Of a stretch of 64,000 nt of DNA, positions 55,150 through 64,000 are shown piece after piece; within the stretch, counting starts at the first letter, position 1, and each line of letters opens with the position of its first letter. The notes beneath the pieces are model-generated. The model was not told where the DNA came from. It did no database searches and saw only the letters and a list, made by a program, of their open reading frames with translations. Source of the stretch: Amoebidium appalachense (Eukaryota; Protista; Ichthyosporea); assembly GCA_963693365.1 (NCBI GenBank), contig CAVNZM010000004.1:8717093-8781092 (forward strand), read 5' to 3'. A program made the translations under genes and the position numbers.

Positions 55150-56672
55150 GGCTTCCACAACCTCGCGCCGTGTTAGCAGCGAGGTCTCTTAGTCTCCCCT
55201 CCAGCTTTCTAACCTCCTTCCCTTCAACGCTGAACCATACCTCTTGGAAAAAACTACAGAACCATTCCCAGCAGGAAAGCCACTAAAGAATCAGAATATA
55301 TCAAGGAAATCAGGACTTTTTTGAAGTGTGGAAGTGGCAGGGAAATGCGCCTAGGTAGAAGTGATATGTCTTTTCTCGGTGTGTGAAGATGCAACGGCAC
55401 CCATCAGGCTTAGTTTTAGAGCCCCTTGAACCCGAGCAACACCTGTTATTACTTCACCTCACAGCTTATAGGTATCGATTCGCAGCCAAAATGAGTAAAA
55501 GCAGGCTTCTCCTACTTCATACTATGCATACTGTATCAACTAACAAGATTTGCCGCTTCAATTCTGCGCGCCCCTCACAAGCAAAAATAAAACGCATAGT
55601 TCAAGTGACACTTCTCCCAAGAGTTATGAACTTCCAACGGCAGGATTTGCGCGTTATCCCCTTCCTAGGTGACGACACTTAGCGTGTGTACTATTCCGGT
55701 CATGCTATTTTGCAATTCTGCACAAAACATTTAGAATCCCCCCTTAAACTAGGGGTTTTTACTTTGTCAAAATATATGTGTTGGAATCACCAAAGGGTAG
55801 ATAACTGGTGACGTCATCTGTACGTGACGTTTTTTCCCCTGCACCGACTTACCTACGGATTCAAGAGTGTTACAGGCAGTCAATGAGGAATTGTTGGGGA
55901 CAGGTTGGAAATTCGAAGAACTTCTAATAGTGAATTCACATAGTAGTGAAAGAGCGTGTGTGGCTTTTACACAGCTTGCGTATTGGTTCCTGAATCTTAT
56001 GGTTGGGGCAGGAACGGCTTTGGGGACAGGATCGGAGAAGGCTTTTCTCGACAACATCAAGCTTTAAGTTGCTCATGATTTATTTAGTTGCTCATGATCG
56101 TGCACGGTTTCCCTGCTTGAATTAATCATTGCATGGGGGCCCATTAAATACGAACTGTTGCTTTCTGACGCTTGGCCATGTGGTGCCTGGAGAAATCTTA
56201 TCTTGGTGGTGTGGCATACATTTACCTGGGGGTAGGCTTGATGGTCTTTTTTTGAAAAGGTGCCACAAGTTGTTTAAAGTTTCTTGTGGTGCCTAGATCA
56301 GGCTCAGAGTCTATTATTACACTGCAATTGTGGAGCGAGGAAGGAGGCCACAGTCAGGCTATCGGTTGGGGAGTGGGCGGGAGGAAAGGAAATCGGAAGG
56401 GGAGAGGGGGGAGGGGTTGAGGGGAGGGGGTTCAAACGAAATGCACGAACTGGCATGCGTGGCAAGATCCATGGCCTCTGCCGAAGCTTATCCAGTCCCG
56501 GAAAATAATAGTTTCTCGTACTCGGTAAGCACGGAGTGCTCGAGAATCTTTCCGGGAGGGGGGAGGGGGAGAGGGTGGTTAGGATTTGATATGTAGTATG
56601 ATGTACACAATCATAACGGACAACACAGTCGGTTGCACACCACACATATACGAGTATGCATATATAATAAGA

Positions 56673-56709
<37 letters not shown>

Positions 56710-57101
56710 CTTACATCGCGCCTACTTGCACACATGAACCCTTCCATTCTAGCGCAGTTTCAGCTGCAGACGATTTATTGTCCACACGGTGTCTCAAAGA
56801 CCAGAAAACACATTTCTGTACATCAAGATATATGAATACCTCTACCACAGACCGAAAGTTATTGCCTAGGAAAAGGTCTCCTGGTAAAAAACATGTTCAT
56901 TCAAGTTAAGATCTTTCGCGTGCTCGAGCGTCGTTAAAGTTGGCCTTACTGACATTCAGCGGAAGGCGCACATTCGGAATTCGTCGGGAATTGTCTAAGG
57001 GCCTTCTAATCATCATTGGTGGCAATATGCTATAAAAGCACAGTACACGATAGGCTCTCAACGACCAATTTAAAATTTACGACATGGCCCTGAGATAAAC
57101 C

Positions 57102-58184
57102 TTAGCTGGCCATTCGCCCCGTGTGCACACGCGGTTGGCTTTCAGCTACACTACTCAAAGTATGTGAGAAAACAACCCCCATAAAGCTACCGTTGGAGCG
57201 GCACGACGATGCAGTTGTCGTCATAAACAGCTCGCACAGCTGGGCCGCATGGGTTCTCTTTGCGTCGACCTGTGCCGTCAAACCTTCCTGCTGCTGCAAA
57301 AGCATAACCAGCCGAAGAGATTTCCGTTCAAGCAGCGCTTTCATGTGCTCGTGAAGGTCTATCAATTCCTCGCTTGTGAGGTCGAATAGGGGTTTAGGGG
57401 AAAGCGAAGAAGGGAAGAATTCCTCCTGTATTTCTGCCGACGAGTATACTTGGAGGGAACTGCACGAGTGCCGCTTTGTTCGCACATCCCGAGTCAGTTC
57501 GGGGGATAGGGACGAGCAAGGAGAAAGTGCAGGCGACGGGGGCGCAGACACGATGGGCGTGCTGACTTTGGGTGGATCGCTGTTGCGTTTTTTCAAGCTT
57601 TTTAGAGCTTTTGACCTTAGTAATACCGGTGTTGTAAAGGTACTCTGGGACACAGTGAGTGAACTCGGCAACGACTGTGTTTGCACTTTCCCATTTCCAA
57701 ACCGCCGCTGCTGGAACAAGGCACGAGCCTTTTCGCGGCTGGTCAATAACCCTGTATCTTCTGAATCCTTCCGTGCTTTGCATTTTCCAGCTTCGAATAC
57801 AGCCGGTGGCCTTGGGGTATTAAGCTCAGAACCACGACTCTCGGTAGACAAAGTCGGGGATGCAGCAACGAGGTCCTTAATTTTCGATAGAGGTGACCAG
57901 GTAATCACGTTGGAGGTATGCGTACCCTCCTGTTCTTCGGCCCGTTGCTGGCATTCGCACTCTCCTGGGCACATGCGTGAAGTCATGCCTCTGTATTTGG
58001 AAAGGCACACGGGGTGCACCTGTTGGCGCACGAACGGGCAATCTACACATCTGCAAACCGGAATAAGACTGGAAGACGAATTATGGGCGACCTTCTCGCA
58101 TAAATGGCAAACATCTTGTGCTGGGGAGAGGTCTACTTGTGTAAACTCCTCAGACGGAAGAGTAGTCAACACTCTACTGCCCAT
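57102..58184 (-). CDS. Intronless 360-aa protein: RING-CH/RINGv-like Cys/His finger, Ser/Pro-rich middle, C-terminal FEZ/SCHIP1-like coiled coil
   Basis: ATG-initiated ORF in non-repetitive sequence. CHLC..PVCRC..VHPVCL..CPGEC finger; DLTSEELIDLHEHMKALLERKSLRLVMLLQQQEGLTAQVDAK heptads. Domain names are by resemblance. Confidence 0.78.
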   Translation of the reverse strand: MGSRVLTTLPSEEFTQVDLSPAQDVCHLCEKVAHNSSSSLIPVCRCVDCPFVRQQVHPVCLSKYRGMTSRMCPGECECQQRAEEQEGTHTSNVITWSPLSKIKDLVAASPTLSTESRGSELNTPRPPAVFEAGKCKARKDSEDTGLLTSREKARALFQQRRFGNGKVQTQSLPSSLTVSQSTFTTPVLLRSKALKSLKKRNSDPPKVSTPIVSAPPSPALSPCSSLSPELTRDVRTKRHSCSSLQVYSSAEIQEEFFPSSLSPKPLFDLTSEELIDLHEHMKALLERKSLRLVMLLQQQEGLTAQVDAKRTHAAQLCELFMTTTASSCRSNGSFMGVVFSHTLSSVAESQPRVHTGRMAS

Positions 58185-60401
58185 TCTGGGTGTTGGGTCT
58201 ATAGCACTAGATTTCTATAAATAATAATAATATGCCGAAAGCTTGGGTTCTATTTTATTTCATCAACACGCTAAACAAACGCCGTGGGTTTGCTTTTACA
58301 CAACAGAACAATATTGATGTATTGACGACACTATACTAAGGTGGGCACACAACAAAACTAACGCTCAACAAACTAAAGGTAAATGGTGACAGATATAATG
58401 TTGGGGTAACTTGGAGTCAAAACAGTTGAACGCACTTATCTTGTTTTTGACCGCTTACAGAGACTCTCAGGTTCACGGCCCCGTACCAAACAACGAGAAC
58501 ACCCCGCCAAGACCACACACATGACTTATAACTAATCGTCAAATGGATTTGGTTCGGACAAAGCATATTGCCAATCACATGAGGCTTGCCGAGCATCCCC
58601 CAATAACAAGTGTAGCCCCCTCACTTGCATGATATTTTACCCACAGACTACTGGTGGTTATGTTCCGGCATTTTGTTGATTTAAAAGTTAACTTGATGAG
58701 CATACATATGTTATGATTTTTCTAGACCAGACCAGGGTTGGATAAGTAGCATACTCATAATAATAAACATAGTCCATAAAGCTCGTTGTTATGTAGCTTT
58801 GACTATTTAATTTATCCGTCTCGCTGACCTCAAACATGATCTCGAGATCTTAAAGCAAAAAGGAGTTCCAATGAAATTTTTATATATAGATCTCCATTAC
58901 AAAGGGCATTGCCTCAGAGCTTCGGTCTCTATCCGCCAATCGGCGGCAAGCAGAAATCCCCCCTGTCCCTGGAAATCCGAACATGCGTAAAGTAAAGCAA
59001 CATTTTGAGAAATGGTTCTATTTAATTAATAATATCAACTATTCCAAACAGAAATAACTATTATCAGATAACACAAAATACTTAAATAAACGTGATGTAA
59101 ATCTAAGCGTGCGAGCTCTACACAGTACTGTAGGAGGAACTCCTATTCCCGAAAAAGTCTTTCGGCGAAGCCTGTGGCTGCACGGTGGCTTCATTTGATC
59201 AACTTGATTGCAACTGATCCCGGCATAAATCCCAGCCAAAAGAAAAAAAGAACTTTGGCTTGCCTGGGGTGAAACACAACATGATGTATGATCCTGGGAG
59301 ATCGTACATTTTCTGGTGCCTCATCGACTCGTGATTGGCTTGCGTCGTGGTCCTCGAGAAATCCGTGATCCTGACGCGGGTGACGTTTCTTGCGAAGTTC
59401 AGACAAAACAAAAATTGCCCCATTTCACTCCTCCGTTTTCTCTACATCCTCAATATACTCTCTATGTATACTGAGTACAGCACATGCTGGATGATTATGT
59501 CGATTTTCCCTCTCTTGGAAAGTCCCGGTGGTTAGCAGAACTCGTCCGCAGCCGAGAGTGATTTCATTGGCCATCCCTGGTTTTGGCGGTTGGAACTTGG
59601 GGCAGGCCAAGAGCTCGAGCGGTTCGGCCGCGATGATGTCCGGCAGGACGCCGACGGTCTCAGAGTGGCACTGCCGGACAGGAGGCCTTGCTCACAAATC
59701 AGAGTCCGCTGACGGTTAGCGTAAGAGTGCAGACATTTAATTACAACGTAGGCTACACTATCCTCCACCACCTTTGGTTAGATATAGTTTTTCGATATAT
59801 CACGTCAATACTGACGTTGAGATCTAGTCAAGCAGTTGTTACTTGGAGTACTTGTGACGATTTTGGAGCTCAGACTACCAAGAATTTGGCCAAGAACCTG
59901 AGCTCACATGTACAGGCTTTTTCTGGTCTTTTTTTTTGAGTAAACCTGGTATGGCTTGGTGCGCATATGCATGTGAGTGACATTATAGCTTATCTTTGCA
60001 GTGATGCCGTTGCCAGTGCACCAGCAGTCTCGCGTTCACCCGGACCGTTCCAAACCTCTCTATACGCTACGTAGATCTTCGTCAGGGGCTTGATACTGTC
60101 TACGTATCATATACTATATACTCACCATAAAATTTCTTCAAATGAACAACTTAAATATGAAAAAGGCACAGGCATGGGCACTCGCTGGACGGCCATTGAT
60201 ACATGACTCGCATATGACAGTGAAGTCGGCCTCCCAAGGCTCCCTGATTCATTAGCCTAGCCGCACACAGTTGTCCCAGTCGAGTTTGCAAATATGTAAT
60301 CAAGACCATGCCATGTACACGGCAAGGCACACGTACGCGTAGGTGCACGTGTGGCGGCAGGCAACTCGAGCTCTGCTTTTCCACAGACAATCACGCCACC
60401 C

Positions 60402-60442
<41 letters not shown>

Positions 60443-61065
60443 CGCTACCCCCTAGTCTTGACGCGTGTAAGCCTCTCCTCCACCTATATAGTGCGATGCA
60501 CATCTATAGCCAGAACTTTAACTCCGGCAGGTTTACTACTAGCGTATACGATACGGCGAGAAATTTCTTGGAAATGGTTGACCAGTAAGTAGAAAGCAAC
60601 GAGTTGGGTAGCACGGATCATATTGTTTACACTGGTCAACGTTGGTAATACGGTGTGACATAGGGGTCGAGCCATCTGGGTGAATGCACGGCGAGTCCTT
60701 GCTGATCATAGAGCTGCACCACAGGAGCCCCGGGCAGAGAAGCCTTAAGCTTAGACAACCGTACAGTAGCCCGAGAGGAGGGTGACACAGGGGGTGGGGA
60801 AAGATCATGATTCCGGGGAGGTGTATAAGAACAGGTCAATGCCTACCCCAAGCAACCCATTGGTTTAAAAGGCTGCAAGCCTTAAATACAGAGAATCAAT
60901 AGTTAAGAGCAATGAGCCGAAGTATTAAGGTTTTAGGGGGTTCAAATTTGTGTAAGCCAGTGCTTCTTGCACCTCCATTTTTGGGGTGCATGAGGTTTTC
61001 GGAAACTAAATACGAAAAGCACCGTTTCTCAGCCAAGGCGGCCCTGCAGAGCCAGGCCCCCAGGC

Positions 61066-61415
61066 CAGGGATGTGGTGACTTGACTCAGAGTCATGACTT
61101 AAAGTCAAATAAGCTCCTGACTTTGCCAAGTCAAGTCGAGCCACCAGGCAGGACATATGGGTGACTTTGTAAGGGGTGGGGAGGGGAGGGGAGAGAAAAG
61201 GGGAGGGTGGGGGGGGAAAGGGGGAGGGGGGTCGGAGATGTCCCTCCCCCTCTCGGCGACCCCGGCGGCGCCTCCAAAAAGGTTACTATATTTAGCAATA
61301 AGTCACTAAAGTCGCGTGACTTGAGTCAGACCCCCCTAAGTCACGACTTCCAGTCAATTCAAGTCAACAACCTCGACAATCAAATATGATTATAAGTCAA
61401 TTCACTGACTGACTG
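61066..61415. mobile_element. Non-autonomous hAT-like element (MITE, 350 bp) with an 8-bp target-site duplication
   Basis: CCCCAGGC at 61058-61065 and 61416-61423. Ends CAG...CTG; imperfect TIR (cagggatgtggtgacttgact vs cagtcagtcagtgaattgact, 14/21 identical); many internal TGACTT/AAGTCA motifs. Confidence 0.75.
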
Positions 61416-61870
61416 CCCCAGGCGCTTACGTAAGGAGGCCTATTGTGATTGGATTATACGGCTCTCGCTGCAGAACTAACCAATCATGCTGGGGTGCCAT
61501 GATCACTTCCATGACCGTGGCACTTCACCAGCTCACGTTACAAACTCTCCAGTTGGATTCTGTGGAGTACAGTACTGTAGTTCTGTTGCTTGATGCTTGA
61601 ACATCGGCTGGGCAAAACATTTTTTTTTGCTGTTTCTGCACATTATATTATCAGAACAAATGGTGGATATATAATAACAACTAAGCTTGCCAACTATAGT
61701 TGGTAGGCTTCTTTCAGCCCAGACTTTGCTTCTTTCAGCCCAGACTTTGCTGTCGTTAACAACAGTGTTTTGTTGTTGCCATTTTCCTTGACATCTTTGC
61801 ATGACCCTTGGAAGGCGCGCGCGATAAATAGAAGTGCTTGAAAACCCTCTTAGTTCTTGGTTGCAAAACC

Positions 61871-63328
61871 ATGGCTCCTCCTGCTCTTGATGCTGAACAG
61901 CAAGTCTCTGCCAGTTTTGTGAGACAGGCAGGGATTCACGCACTAGATGACGCTGTCATGGCACTGATTTTCTCCCACCTTTCCAGGCAAGACCGCATCA
62001 CATGTTCTATGGTGTCAAAGAGATGGTGCAGCCTCACGCGCTCTATTATTACACAACACCGTCTAAATTCAACGCAAGTTTCCCGCGCTCTTCTCCTTCG
62101 TGGCATAGCTGCCTGGGCGCAATGCATCCGCTCGCTCGACCTTACCACAGCACATGTCAAGGCATGATCCAGGATACAACTATGTTTACGTGAGCGAGGT
62201 CTTACGGTCTGTGCTTTCATTTTGCCGGAGTCTCCGACGCCTTATCTTTGACCACGTTGACTCTGCAACCCTTCGTGTCATCTCCATGAACGCCCCCCAG
62301 ATTGAGTCCATTTCTCTCAACTGCGACCCAAGCGGCAGCTTACCCAAGACAACGTCAACTTGGCTCCCCTTGCCATCTGCACGGAGATAACGGAGCTCTT
62401 CGTAACAACCAACGGGAACTACCCTCTTCTGGTGAGCAACTGGGACGCGCTGACACGCCTGTCAAAACTCAACAGCCTTACAATCTCGGCGCGCATAGCT
62501 ACAGATGCAGCAACCACAGCCATTGCACAGTGTGTCAAGCTCACCAAGTTGGTGTGTCGGGGAGGTGACCTAACTAGCTCAGCGACCCTCACCCACCTGT
62601 CTACGCTCGGCTGCGACGGCTACCACCCCCCAAGTGACCTTTCCCTGTGGCCAATCACCGAAGTAGTGCTCTGGGGTGGGCCTGGTTCGAATGGACTTGA
62701 CTTCCTTACCACTGCACCCCGCCTTCGTGCAGTCACCTTGCAGGGCTGCACGGTCGCGGACTTTGCCGTCATTTCGCGCTGTGTTGAGTTGACCCGCCTT
62801 GTTCTTCTGCCCAGTTATTTATCTGCGCAGCACATGGGTCCCCCAAAGGTTGACCTGGACTTTCTTTCGACGTGTACAAATCTGGCACACCTTCACGTGA
62901 AATCCATATACCTGGACTCCATCGCAGGGCTGAGGTCATGCACACAACTCACGGACATCACCTTCGAGGACTCTACCAAACCACTTGACCTAGCGGTCCT
63001 TGCCCAATGTGCACAGCTGATAAGTGTGTGTCTGTCGATGTGCCCCCTCATAACAGACATAGGCCCCTTGTCACGTGTGACCAGCCTCAAGAAGATTTCT
63101 CTCGATAGAGCTATATCCGTGTGTGACCTCTCTCCCCTCTTCTCCTGTGTCGAGCTTCAAGAGGTCTCCATTACAGGCTGCAGTAGTTACCCCAAGGGGA
63201 AGTCTATTCTGTGCCGCCTGCCCGCGCCCAACTTTGTCAAGTTGGGGCCTAAGCGCTATTTCACGTCTGACCTCGACAGCCTTACCAAGCATGTGAAAGG
63301 AAACGGTGGGAGAGTGTGTTTGGTCTGA
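61871..63328 (+). pseudogene. F-box/leucine-rich-repeat gene broken by two frameshifts (pseudogene or assembly indels)
   Basis: F-box-like IHALDDAVMALIFSHLSRQDRITCSMVSKRW (ORF stops at 62167). An LRR-like segment follows in another frame (62154-62390). LRRs such as LAQCAQLISVCLSMCPLITDIGPL continue in the original frame (62360-63328). Confidence 0.75.
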
Positions 63329-64000
63329 GCTATTATGTACGCTGATATATTGCATCTGTTCTTGCTGTAGTACCTAGCACATAAAAGAAACATTGTAGTA
63401 CGATCACGTCTGTACTGAAATACTGCAGCCCGCTCTGGTTGATATCGGTTGTCCGTCCACAATACTATGCCGTCTTGAAGTTCTGGTTTCTGGATTCTGA
63501 GTCAATAATTGGCTCTCATAGATTCATTGCTTTGATTTATAAATTTGGAGTGTGAATTCTACAATCATGGTTAAAACTGTCGTAGACTGAAGCTGTGAAG
63601 GCTTGAGTAGACCTGCAGACATTGGAAGAATGTGTGTGTGTGTGTGTGTTATTTATAGAGAGAGAGAGGGGGGGGGGGGGAAAGGGGGGGGGGCCTCAAG
63701 GGAGACGTTGCCACGGTGGGGTCCGGAGTCCGGACACCGGCCTCGGGGAGTCACTGTAGGATGACGTAATCGAGTTTTAGATCTGCATACCTTGAAATAA
63801 TGACTCCTGATATTCATTGAATCCACCTGCTCTGTTATTTTTTTGGCCAGATTTAAACGTTTATATGTTTTGTAAGCGAATCATGTTGTGTTTTGTGTGG
63901 CTCTTATCAGTCTGTTTCACCACCGTCGTCTTTTTCTTTTTTTTTTTCACTTGCCGAAAAAAGAGAGAAAAAGTGAGAGCCCAGACTCAAACTTTGGAGT

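Noticed and set aside
59170-59770. Chain of short minus-strand ORFs that could be a decayed gene
   Set aside because: Interrupted by stops, with no recognisable domain or splice pattern.
61707-61748. 21-bp tandem duplication upstream of the F-box gene
   Set aside because: Ordinary slippage duplication with two copies and no spacer; not CRISPR-like.

Overview
This is eukaryotic genomic DNA, probably from a unicellular opisthokont or holozoan (inferred from LIS1 and the integrin-type tail; species not identifiable). It is very rich in (CA)n, (CT)n, (GA)n and poly-G/poly-C tracts, which create most of the ORF-track entries. Five genes can be assembled by hand. (1) An intronless 644-aa type-I membrane protein with a ZP-module-like layout (2768-4702, -). 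(2) A 46-exon, ~2,670-aa receptor (10863-37674, -): signal peptide, MIDAS-complete vWA domain, ~35 TSP1 repeats arranged partly as an 8-unit super-repeat, TM helix, and an integrin-beta-like NPLY-x8-NPLY tail. (3) A 14-exon LIS1/PAFAH1B1 orthologue (40697-55149, -). (4) An intronless protein with a RING-CH-like finger and a FEZ/SCHIP-like coiled coil (57102-58184, -). (5) A doubly frameshifted F-box/LRR gene (61871-63328, +). Non-coding highlights are a structured repeat family that always abuts poly-G tracts, a satellite whose core flips orientation between poly-C and poly-G arms, a hAT-like MITE with an 8-bp TSD, and two apparent CG 3' splice sites.
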